A stretch of 63,819 nt of DNA, the filler included. It is 9 parts of 9 records of this genome, joined end to end, with 100 filler letters (N's around TTAATTAATTAA, not from the genome) between each part and the next. Parts side by side here need not be neighbours in the genome. Positions count along the whole stretch, not along the records: positions 41,655 to 48,977 come from SRR31147125_50530; positions 49,078 to 56,465 come from SRR31147125_50531; 7 more parts are not named here. One strand, given 5' to 3'. Positions 41,663 to 50,463 of this stretch are shown here, one piece after another; the stretch's first letter is position 1, and each line of letters begins with the position of its first letter. The position numbers and the translations under genes are program-made. Under the pieces are notes generated by a model. The model was not told where the DNA came from and searched no databases. It worked only from the letters and a program-made list of their open reading frames with translations.

Positions 41663-43687
41663 TTGGGGAATGAAGTCTGGTGCAAAGTACATTCAAAGGT
41701 GTTGTTTGCCAATATCCTGGCAACAACACTTATTTTTTCCTGTTCGCCGGTATGGGCTGAAGAAGACAATACAGACAAGGCAACCACTCGTTTAGGAGAA
41801 ATGGTTGTCACCGCCACCAAAATGTCCACAGAGGTGGACAAGATACCAACCAACATCAGCGTTATAACACATGAAGAGTTAGAACAATACCCCGGTTATT
41901 ACAATGCACTGAACGTGTTGCAGGACCTCAATATTCCGGGGATGTTTTTTTCTGCGAATTCCAGTGGATCAGGAAATGGGGATATGTCCATAAGCACCAG
42001 GGGCAGCGAAAATTCCTATTGGGCAATGAAGGTAATGGTAAACGGGGTGGAGCTTAACCGAGGGAAAGGATATATCCGGCCTGGACGTCTGGCAATACAT
42101 GATATAGAACGCATAGAAATCACAAAAACACCATCCGCCGAATATGGAGATCAGGCCATTGGAGGGGTAATTAACATCATCACCCGAAAGGCAGATTCGC
42201 CGCTTGAAGGAAAGGCCGGTTTGGCGTTCTCCAGTCTGGGCGGAGGCAATGCTTATTCTGTGATCAATGGTACCCAGGGGAAATGGGACTATTACATTGA
42301 TGCCTCTGCTGTCCGGGAAGACACGTATCAGGACGGAGGCTATCTGGACGGGAATAATTTATACAGCAAGGTAGGCTATACACTCAATGACGACGCATAT
42401 CTTGAATTCCATGGCTCTCACAAAGATTCCCAGGGAATTTATAGTATGGGACTAACGAGAGAACAGTTTGAAGAAGATCCCTCACAAAACATTAATACGG
42501 GGGTTGATCAATACAACGAAAGTGAAGAGAATCTGGGTGCTCTTGTGTATCAGCAACAGGTAGGACAGAATGAACTGATGGCAAAAGTCGAGATGCAGAA
42601 ATCAAGTTATAAATATTACTATTACGGATATTATGGCGAAGAAGAATCCTGGGCTGCCCACTCGGAAATAAACATGACCCTTAACAACAACATTAAGGGC
42701 ATGGCCAATAAAATGGTTATTGGCGGAGAATATCGTTTCCACAAACTTGATCCTCAGTCGTATAGCGGCGCGTCAAGCTTTTATAATGTAGGAACAATCT
42801 ATGGGGATTATTCACGTGAAGATATCAGCTACGCGGGATATTTACAGGATGAGCTTCGGATTACTGATGCGTTGACCATTTCCACAGGGATTCGCTACGA
42901 CTATTTTGACTTAGAACAGACCGCAAATAATGCAAACAGTTCGTCCTGGACACAGGAGACGGGAGATTTCAGCCCTAAAATCGGTTTTACGTATCAAGTC
43001 TGCGATGAAGTTAATCTATTTGCAGGATTCAACAGCGGCATAAAAAGCCCGGTAAGACTTCCCCAATCGAGGACTAATGGAAACCTCGAACCGGAAAAGC
43101 TCCGTGCATATGAGATCGGAGTTCGGGGATATCTCTCTGATTGGCTGGATTACAATATAGCTCTTTTTTTGCAGAAAGTAACAGATAAATTTGTCAGACC
43201 CGGAGTGGAATGGACCTCACAATTTGAAAACGCAGGTGAGACCTCGGCTAAAGGAGTGGAACTTGGGGCAAAAGCAAAACTTCCCTATCACTTCTACGCT
43301 GCAACCAGTTTTACATACCAGCAATCCGAGTTTGATGAATTCGTCAGCCAGGGCGTTGATTATTCCGGGAACAAATTAACCGGTGTGCCGGATATTATTT
43401 TTTCCTTCAAACTTGGTTATATGGATGAACTGATCGGCGATATTTCCCTGACTCCCGTATACACAGGTAAGCGCTATTTCAACTATGCCAACACAAATGA
43501 AGAAGACGGATTCTGGGTATTAAATGCCAGATATGCAAAAAACTTTGGCAAAATTGAAATGTATATTGCAGCGAACAACCTCTTTGATGAAATGGCTGTT
43601 GGCAGTGGCAGCGGCAACCCGGGAAGTGAAACGTTGTATCCCATAAACGGATTCAATGCCATTGTTGGAATGAATGTGACGTTCTAA
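41663..43687 (+). CDS. TonB-dependent outer-membrane receptor (start may be truncated)
   Basis: TonB box EMVVTATK, plug IERIEI..YGDQAIGGVINIIT, LEPEK, NNLFD, terminal F. Confidence 0.92.
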   Translation: MGNEVWCKVHSKVLFANILATTLIFSCSPVWAEEDNTDKATTRLGEMVVTATKMSTEVDKIPTNISVITHEELEQYPGYYNALNVLQDLNIPGMFFSANSSGSGNGDMSISTRGSENSYWAMKVMVNGVELNRGKGYIRPGRLAIHDIERIEITKTPSAEYGDQAIGGVINIITRKADSPLEGKAGLAFSSLGGGNAYSVINGTQGKWDYYIDASAVREDTYQDGGYLDGNNLYSKVGYTLNDDAYLEFHGSHKDSQGIYSMGLTREQFEEDPSQNINTGVDQYNESEENLGALVYQQQVGQNELMAKVEMQKSSYKYYYYGYYGEEESWAAHSEINMTLNNNIKGMANKMVIGGEYRFHKLDPQSYSGASSFYNVGTIYGDYSREDISYAGYLQDELRITDALTISTGIRYDYFDLEQTANNANSSSWTQETGDFSPKIGFTYQVCDEVNLFAGFNSGIKSPVRLPQSRTNGNLEPEKLRAYEIGVRGYLSDWLDYNIALFLQKVTDKFVRPGVEWTSQFENAGETSAKGVELGAKAKLPYHFYAATSFTYQQSEFDEFVSQGVDYSGNKLTGVPDIIFSFKLGYMDELIGDISLTPVYTGKRYFNYANTNEEDGFWVLNARYAKNFGKIEMYIAANNLFDEMAVGSGSGNPGSETLYPINGFNAIVGMNVTF

Positions 43688-43691
43688 GCGC

Positions 43692-43795
43692 ATTGGCGGA
43701 GATTTGCCCGGATTTTTTGGTGTGCTTCACACATGGGGACGCCAGTTGCAATATCATCCACACATTCACTACATTGCGCCGGGCGGGGCATTCAT
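43692..43795 (+). pseudogene. IS91-family (HUH rolling-circle) transposase remnant
   Basis: IGGDLPGFFGVLHTWGRQLQYHPHIHYIAPGG; only ~35 codons survive. Confidence 0.8.
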
Positions 43796-43859
43796 GTCGG
43801 AAGACCCGTTGCTTCCGATGGCAGTTACAGCTCTCCCATCCGAAGCAATAGCTCAGACG

Positions 43860-44702
43860 CTACTGGGCGACCCATCTTTTTTCAGTGCCTGTCGGTTGTT
43901 GGAGTGCATATTTTTCTGGATTCATTTCAATCAAAATGGACTTGAGTGACCATTGAACCAAGCGACCAAATTTCTCTTCATCATATATTTGCTCGCATAT
44001 TTGCAGAACTTTGGGGTGCATCTTGCAGTTACTCCGTAAAGACCTCATTGCACTTGTATATAAAACTTCATTTATCCTTGCCCATTTTTCTTCTTTAGTC
44101 TTTGGATTAGGATATTTCTTTTTTGATCCTAAAAACGATGCAAGTTCTAAGATTGAAGTTATGTTTTCTATCGGTTCTTTAGTTCCTGATGCTAGGAAAC
44201 GTCCCCATTGAATGTCAAGAAAGCCCCAATATTTATCGATTGTATTTAAGTCCGGAGGATGTTGTTGTGTCTGAAAATTGAAATAATTATGTGTTTGAAA
44301 CTGACTCTTACGTGAATTATCTAACAGTGCCTTTTCTGATTCTTTGGTATTTGATAACCAAAGAGCAATCAGCACTGTCTTTTGATCTCGTTTTGGAAGT
44401 GAGTCGATTATGCTAAGCCAATCTGGAATTTTGTCGGCATTTGCTTCAAATACTGTCGCCGCAAAACCAAGAAAAGGAAATTGTTTTTTTTCATTACTCA
44501 GCAAGCCTTTCGAACTCATTTTTTCAAGCCAATTGGGGAACACATCTGGTGAAGGGTGTTTATAGTATGAGGTCATCCAGTCTATTAAATCATATTGAGT
44601 TTCAGATATGTTCTTTGTGGGTTGATGATTTCTCTTTGCTTGAGAACAACTCAGGGAACCAATAAGAAAAAACAACAAAATGAGAAATATTGCTCGTTTC
44701 AA
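43860..44702 (-). CDS. Hypothetical lipoprotein carried as an integron gene cassette
   Basis: TTG start, lipobox-like SLSC, AT-rich; flanked by GTTGGAG upstream and the complementary CTCCAAC near the 3' end. Confidence 0.75.
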   Translation of the reverse strand: MKRAIFLILLFFLIGSLSCSQAKRNHQPTKNISETQYDLIDWMTSYYKHPSPDVFPNWLEKMSSKGLLSNEKKQFPFLGFAATVFEANADKIPDWLSIIDSLPKRDQKTVLIALWLSNTKESEKALLDNSRKSQFQTHNYFNFQTQQHPPDLNTIDKYWGFLDIQWGRFLASGTKEPIENITSILELASFLGSKKKYPNPKTKEEKWARINEVLYTSAMRSLRSNCKMHPKVLQICEQIYDEEKFGRLVQWSLKSILIEMNPEKYALQQPTGTEKRWVAQ

Positions 44703-44712
44703 AATAATTTAC

Positions 44713-44771
44713 CTCCAACGGCGCTAATCAGCCGCACGTTTTTTGCGTCGGCTGGATTAGCATGGTTAGGC
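44713..44771 (-). mobile_element. Integron attC site (59-base element)
   Basis: Minus strand: R'' GCCTAAC, 5 nt, L'' TAATCCAG, CCGACGCAAAAAACGTGCGG, L' CTGATTA, 5 nt, R' GTTGGAG; unpaired C and A correspond to bottom-strand extrahelical G and T. Confidence 0.85.
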
Positions 44772-45092
44772 TATGATACTAATTCAAGGTTTTTTTAAAT
44801 AACTTATCCATTTTCAAAATCCCTTTGGAACTGCACAATAATTCCACTTGGGCAAGGTTCAACGTTCAAGATTATTCCAGAACGAGTCATAAATTTTTTT
44901 TCAAAAACAATAAAAACCACAATAAATGCAAAATTATACAATTTATTATACAGTTTTTTCAGCATAACCTCAATAAACTATTCTTTCACACGTATCATAA
45001 GAAAATGCTGTTGACAACCGGTTTTTGAGAGTGATTTGAGAGTGATATGAGAAATTCTAACAGTATAACTATACAATTTGAATATTATAAAG

Positions 45093-45130
45093 AAGCTTTG
45101 GCATCATGATAAAGCTTTGGCATCATGATA
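45093..45130 (+). repeat. Perfect 19-bp tandem duplication
   Basis: AAGCTTTGGCATCATGATA twice, upstream of the MCP gene. Confidence 0.85.
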
Positions 45131-45325
45131 AAAAATGAGTTAGAACTGTTATCCGGCCCCGGGAATTTACGCGAAAAAAAAGTTGTAAAAATAGGAACGA
45201 TACCGTATACTTTCATAAATTCACAACACGATTCAACAATCTAAATTACAAAAAAAATCGGCCTCCCTTTAGAGACGAATTTATTCCTTGATGTCCCCCT
45301 GGGTGGGCCGGAAAGGGAAGCAAAA

Positions 45326-47236
45326 ATGAAGATCAGTTATAAGATCGGCTTATTTTCATTGATAGTCGCCCTGGTACCGATGATCATCGTTGGAGTCGCC
45401 GGATACACCAAGGGCTTTAACATGCTCTTGGACAGCCAGATCCAGTTGGCGGAAGAGGCCTGTCTCAGGGCCCGGGACCAGATCGTAGAAAAACTGGAAG
45501 CAACCCGCCGGATTGCCGACAGTACGGCCCAAAGCATGGAAGCCATAGGCGTGCCCACAGCGCTTAAGGCCGTTAAATCAGTGGCCGACCACCATGAGGA
45601 TTTCATGTATGCCTATTATGGGCAGGAAAACGGAGACTTTCATATTTTTCCCGAGACCCAAATGCCAACCGGATTTGATCCCAGAAAAAGACCCTGGTAC
45701 GGCATTGCCACAGGTCAAAACACTGCGGTTTCAGCCCCTTATGTGGATGCGGTATCCGGAAAGGTCATCGTCACCGTTTCCCGGGCAGTGTTCAAGGCCG
45801 GAAAAAAAACCGGAGTGGTGGGAATCGATCTTGATTTCAGCAATATTTCCAAACAGATCTCAGAAATTAAAGTGGGACAGACCGGATATGTCTTTGCAAA
45901 TTACAAAGACGGCACTGTACTTATCCATAAAAATCATGAACTTATCGGAGAAAATCTTGCCGAAAAACACGATTTCATGAAAGAAATGTTGAGATTGAAA
46001 AACGGATTTCTCGAGTATGATTTTAACGGGAAAAAATTTGCCGTAATCCGTACCCTGAAAAACTATCCATGGACCCTGGGGGCCGGCACCTATTACGAAG
46101 AGATTTACCAGCCCTTAAGGGCCCTTCGCAACTTCAGCATCATCATCGGGTTCATCACCCTGATCGCCGTTCTTGGCGGTATTTTCTTCATGACCCGCAG
46201 CATCACCCTGCCCATTGCCGGCATCAGTGTCAACATGGAGGATATTGCCCAGGGAGAAGGGGATTTGACCACAAAGCTGACGGTTGCCACCAAGGACGAA
46301 ATCGGCAAGCTTGCAGGCCACTTCAACACCTTTGTGGAAAAGCTGCGGAATATTATTAAGGATGTCGCAGACAATACCATCAGGCTGGACAAATCCTCGA
46401 CAGAGCTCTTTCAGATCTCCGAAGATATGAGCCAGGGCGCCGTTCGCATGACCTCAACATCCAACTCCGTGGCCGCAGCCGCAGAACAGATGAGTACGAA
46501 CATGACGTCAGTGGCCGCGGCAGTGGAAGAGTCCTCCACCAATATTGAGATGGTTTCCGCTGCGGCAGAGGAGATGACCTCCACCATCAACGAAATCTCA
46601 GGCAATACCGAAAAAACACGCATGTCCAGCCAGCAGGCCGTATCCAAGACCCAGTCCGCCTCCCGGAATATGACCACGCTGAACGCGTCTGCCAAGGATA
46701 TCGGCCATGTGGTTGAGACCATCACCGACATCTCGGAACAGACCAATCTTTTGGCCCTGAATGCCACCATAGAGGCGGCAAGGGCGGGTGAGGCCGGAAA
46801 GGGCTTTGCCGTGGTTGCCGGCGAAATTAAGGATCTTGCCGGCCAGACCGCCAAGGCCACCCTTGAAATCAAAGCCAAAATAGAAAATATCCAGGGCGCC
46901 ACCCAAACAGCCATAACCGAGATCGAATCCGTGGAGACTGAGATCAGCGGGGTCAACGAGATGGTGGACAGCGTGGCAGCGGCCGTGGAAGAGCAGTCCG
47001 TCACGACCAAGGGAATCGCCTCTAACGTGGTTCAGGCCTCCCAGGGCATTCAGGAGATTGCCCGGAACGTTTCCCAAAGTTCAACCGTGGCCGTGGAAAT
47101 CGCAAAGGAGACTGCTGATTTGGATCAGACCATTCAGGAGATCACGGATCAGACGGTCCAGGTGAAATCCTGCTCCGGGGATCTGAACCAGTTGTCGGAT
47201 GCCTTGAAAAAAACAGTCAACCTTTTCAAAATTTAA
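45326..47236 (+). CDS. Methyl-accepting chemotaxis protein (dCache-HAMP-MCP)
   Basis: [13 protein letters not shown] dCache, [38 protein letters not shown]. Confidence 0.95.
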   Translation: MKISYKIGLFSLIVALVPMIIVGVAGYTKGFNMLLDSQIQLAEEACLRARDQIVEKLEATRRIADSTAQSMEAIGVPTALKAVKSVADHHEDFMYAYYGQENGDFHIFPETQMPTGFDPRKRPWYGIATGQNTAVSAPYVDAVSGKVIVTVSRAVFKAGKKTGVVGIDLDFSNISKQISEIKVGQTGYVFANYKDGTVLIHKNHELIGENLAEKHDFMKEMLRLKNGFLEYDFNGKKFAVIRTLKNYPWTLGAGTYYEEIYQPLRALRNFSIIIGFITLIAVLGGIFFMTRSITLPIAGISVNMEDIAQGEGDLTTKLTVATKDEIGKLAGHFNTFVEKLRNIIKDVADNTIRLDKSSTELFQISEDMSQGAVRMTSTSNSVAAAAEQMSTNMTSVAAAVEESSTNIEMVSAAAEEMTSTINEISGNTEKTRMSSQQAVSKTQSASRNMTTLNASAKDIGHVVETITDISEQTNLLALNATIEAARAGEAGKGFAVVAGEIKDLAGQTAKATLEIKAKIENIQGATQTAITEIESVETEISGVNEMVDSVAAAVEEQSVTTKGIASNVVQASQGIQEIARNVSQSSTVAVEIAKETADLDQTIQEITDQTVQVKSCSGDLNQLSDALKKTVNLFKI

Positions 47237-47410
47237 GTTATCCCCACAATAGATCGGCCATCCGGGGAAACCCATCTTTCCAGTAAATACCTGGTATTGA
47301 ATGGTTCGATACGAAGCCCCTTGTACTACAAATGGGTTGTAGCCTTTAAATGTGCTTCATACCGTCAAATCCAAAACAGTGAAGGACGCCAAAAACCCTC
47401 TCGATTTACC

Positions 47411-48172
47411 TCAGCTGAGCTCCCCCTCGCCATTTATTGAGAGGGGGATGGGGGGGACAGCATTGCCTTGTAATTCCGACATCTGTTTTCCTTGCTTGAT
47501 AGGGGTGACATTGAAATCCGACGATTCTCCATTGCGATGTTTCATTTCAATGGCTTTTTCCGGGCAGACGGGAACACAAACCCCGCAACCGTAACAGCGA
47601 GCCGGATTAAAAACAAGTCCGCCATCATCCATATATCTGGCATTGAACGGACACCGTTCTTCGCAAATACCGCATCCGCCACATAAATCGTCACGGGTGT
47701 CTGCAATAAATTCCGAATGCACCACCAACTCCGTCCGGTTGTGTTTGATCAGCAGCTGAAGATCATGACAGCAGCAGGCACAACAGTTGCATAAAGCACT
47801 GACTTTCTGGCCGGGCCCGTAGATACTCATATGAACGAGGCCCGCCTCTCCGGCGCTCTTCAGCACCTCCACGGCTTCATCGAAATCAACCCGGCGGGCC
47901 ATATTTTTCTCAACCGCTTTATCGGCTGCATCATTGAGTAAAAAACAGACCTCCCGAGGGTTGTCGCATTGATAATGCGTCCGGCATTCACATGCCGTCA
48001 ATGCGAATGAATCGGCACGGGTCAGTACGGATAGGGCTTGCCGAGTCGGCATGACCCACTGTTTTACATCAAGGGAGGTTTCGATTGGGATGACTCTCGA
48101 AGTGTACGCCACCTTTTTTTCACTCAGCCATCTGTCATATCGATTGGCGTATCTTAATAAAAATGAATCCAT
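47411..48172 (-). CDS. 4Fe-4S dicluster domain protein
   Basis: CECR, LCNCCACCC, CGGCGICEERCP, CYGCGVCVPVCP. Confidence 0.88.
   Translation of the reverse strand: MDSFLLRYANRYDRWLSEKKVAYTSRVIPIETSLDVKQWVMPTRQALSVLTRADSFALTACECRTHYQCDNPREVCFLLNDAADKAVEKNMARRVDFDEAVEVLKSAGEAGLVHMSIYGPGQKVSALCNCCACCCHDLQLLIKHNRTELVVHSEFIADTRDDLCGGCGICEERCPFNARYMDDGGLVFNPARCYGCGVCVPVCPEKAIEMKHRNGESSDFNVTPIKQGKQMSELQGNAVPPIPLSINGEGELS
47420..47457 (-). repeat. ~40-bp palindromic dispersed repeat, copy 3 (inside the Fe-S gene 3' end)
   Basis: Minus strand TCCCCCCCATCCCCCTCTCAATAAATGGCGAGGGGGAG; encodes PPIPLSINGEG. Confidence 0.65.
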
Positions 48173-48217
48173 ATTCTTTCCTTGTCTCAAATGGGACTGT
48201 CCAAATGACCGATGGCG

Positions 48218-48977
48218 TTATCCATGGGTGACAGCCAGTTTTCTAAACATATTGGAAAGGCCGGTGGATAAGATGTAGATCTGATCAACGGGTAAATTTT
48301 GATCGGCGGTATCGTCAAAAAAGAGATTCAAATCCGATTCCAGCCCATCCTCGGGATGATTGTAGCAAATGAGCATCGGGAGCAACGGAAGGGGATGGAT
48401 AATGAGGGATATGTCGGCATCATAATGGTTTTGAACCTGTTTTCCGTTAAACAGTTCGATGATATCACGGAAAAAATCGGGATTTGTATCTGCCACCTGC
48501 TTGAACTGCGCCACACACGAATGCTCAAAAAAACGAGACCAGTTTCGGGATGTTTTCAGCTCTCTGAAGGGAACCCATTTTCCGGTGGGTAAGAGCCCTT
48601 TGCCGCTGATGACATGGGTCAGCACCGGGGGGGCAAGCCATGGGTTGACGTGAATATCTGTCGAGATTTCCCCCTGTTGATCGATCCCGAAGTCTTTGCC
48701 CAATATTTTTAAAACCAACCTCTCATTGAAAAATCTGCCATTCAGCGTCTCAGCCCTTGAGACAAGGTCAATCCCGTTGATTTCAGCTTTTAACCGTGTC
48801 ATTGCCTTGATGTAGTCCTGCTCAAACGAGGACGTGTTCTTCGACTCTTTCTCACCGTACTTTTCAATAATCTCTTTATCCAGCTTTGGGCATTGACTCA
48901 AGGGGATCTCTCCTTGAAATACAGCCGCTGCAAACGCCAGGCAGGTGGGTTTATTGCATTTTCTACAGTTGCTTTTT
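48218..48977 (-). CDS. DUF3786 protein with N-terminal Fe-S domain, 5'-partial
   Basis: KSNCRKCNKPTCLAFAAAV...CP, then WVPFREL and PLPLLPMLICY..ESDLNLFFD. Confidence 0.8.
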
Positions 48978-49077
48978 NNNNNNNNNNNNNNNNNNNNNNN
49001 NNNNNNNNNNNNNNNNNNNNNTTAATTAATTAANNNNNNNNNNNNNNNNNNNNNNNNNNNNNNNNNNNNNNNNNNNN
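48978..49077. other. Artificial contig linker
   Basis: N44-TTAATTAATTAA-N44. Confidence 0.99.
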
Positions 49078-49159
49078 GTCCGCCTACGTGCGGCACTCCG
49101 GGAGGGGTTACCATCGGGCAGACATGCATATCAGTTACTCTGGCTGCTGGTTGTCCCAT
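49078..49159 (-). CDS. PAAR-domain protein N-terminus (partial; absent from ORF track)
   Basis: GGAG RBS; MGQPAARVTDMHVCPMVTPPGVPHVGG. Confidence 0.88.
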
Positions 49160-49236
49160 TTTATTTCTCCTTATTACTGGTATCTCAAAGATTACCGTAA
49201 AGGCTCTTGTATGAAAAACATCTCTTTACTTCTGTT

Positions 49237-49816
49237 TTAGAGGTAATCCCATCTGTCTTTGCCTGCTGCTGTGTTTACCCCAAGTTTTATAAATTTATTA
49301 TACCATTCAAAAAGTCTTCCTGCACTTATATTATCATCTTTATCCTTTGCCAGTCTGGCTGCCAGCATTGCCACTGCGCCGGTATAGGATACTGCAGAGA
49401 GGTCATGCAGGTTCTGTGCCGGTTTTGCAGGTATTTCATCTCCGAGGTAAAAACTGGAGCAGAATTTTAACCATGGAATAGGTTGCTCTGCCTCATCTTC
49501 CGGCATTTTTTCTGCCGGTTGGTTGCTTCCTGTAGGATTTTTTACCCAATCAAGAATTTTTCCAAGCTCATCATTCTCTGCAGCCGTCAGCCCTGTTTTG
49601 TCACTAGAGTAACAGCGGCATGCCCACCAGACACCCTCTCTATGACTCAGACAGCAGCCGATAAATTTTACTGCTCCATTTAGCTCTTTATTCTTCTGTA
49701 GTCTTTGGAGATAGACATCAGCTGTCACTGAGTATGGGTCGAGTGCCAGCTCTTCATCACTGAAAAAAATTTCGCCACACTATATCTCCGGCAATTATTT
49801 TATTCAACTCAGTCAT
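49237..49816 (-). CDS. DUF6931-like T6SS-associated protein, copy 2, frameshifted near the 5' end
   Basis: AVKFIGCCLSHREGVWWAC..WVKNPT; ATG at 49816 with an indel at ~49775. Confidence 0.65.
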
Positions 49817-49822
49817 TATCTG

Positions 49823-50386
49823 CTACTCCTGTTGTCTGCAGATGTTGAGGCCAAGCTCAAGACATTGCTGGTAGATCGGCTGTGGCTCTTCTGGTTCGAG
49901 TGTGAGTGCCATCATCACTAGTGCTACTGCAGAGATCTTGCCCGGTAGTTGCGGGGCAGGTGGTACTTTTTCTACAACTTCAATATCAGGTGGAACTACA
50001 TTGTCTCCAGTCCAGTAGACTGCTCTGCAGAGGCAGCCTGCAGGGCTCAATTCCTCTTCATTCTCAGCTGCATTCCATGAAGCGACAAGCCCTTCCTGTG
50101 TCGGTTCTGCCAGCCACTTCTCTACAGATATAAGAGCCAGTTTTGAGTTGTCCTCCAGTTTCTTGTCAAGATAATATTTGACACAGCACCATGCCCAATA
50201 GATACAGCTTTTACTGTCTACCAGACAGCAGAGTAGACGGATAGCATCAGCCATATAGCCACTCTCTGTCAGTGTCTGGACTGCTTCTTCAAGATTCTTA
50301 CACTGTAGCGCTATTGCCCCAGCTTCTTTCTCTATATCCTTGCCGCACCACTCTACAGCAAGTTTGACAGGTATAAATGCAACCAT
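49823..50386 (-). CDS. DUF6931-like T6SS-associated protein, copy 1
   Basis: DAIRLL..YWAWCC..WLAEPT..AVYWTG..LELGLNI. Confidence 0.7.
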   Translation of the reverse strand: MVAFIPVKLAVEWCGKDIEKEAGAIALQCKNLEEAVQTLTESGYMADAIRLLCCLVDSKSCIYWAWCCVKYYLDKKLEDNSKLALISVEKWLAEPTQEGLVASWNAAENEEELSPAGCLCRAVYWTGDNVVPPDIEVVEKVPPAPQLPGKISAVALVMMALTLEPEEPQPIYQQCLELGLNICRQQE

Positions 50387-50463
50387 TTTTCTACTCCCGA
50401 CTTTCTAATCTTTAATATTTGCAGCACAGCAAAAGCCATTTTATATGACTTTTGCTGTGTGTA

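Noticed and set aside
43880-43904. Group IIC-attC intron insertion at the broken attC
   Set aside because: The TTGT/T target is uninterrupted and no intron 5' end or domain V is visible
43704-43949. 81-aa ORF as a functional gene
   Set aside because: Only the first ~30 residues are IS91-like; the rest is read-through into the antisense of the cassette gene
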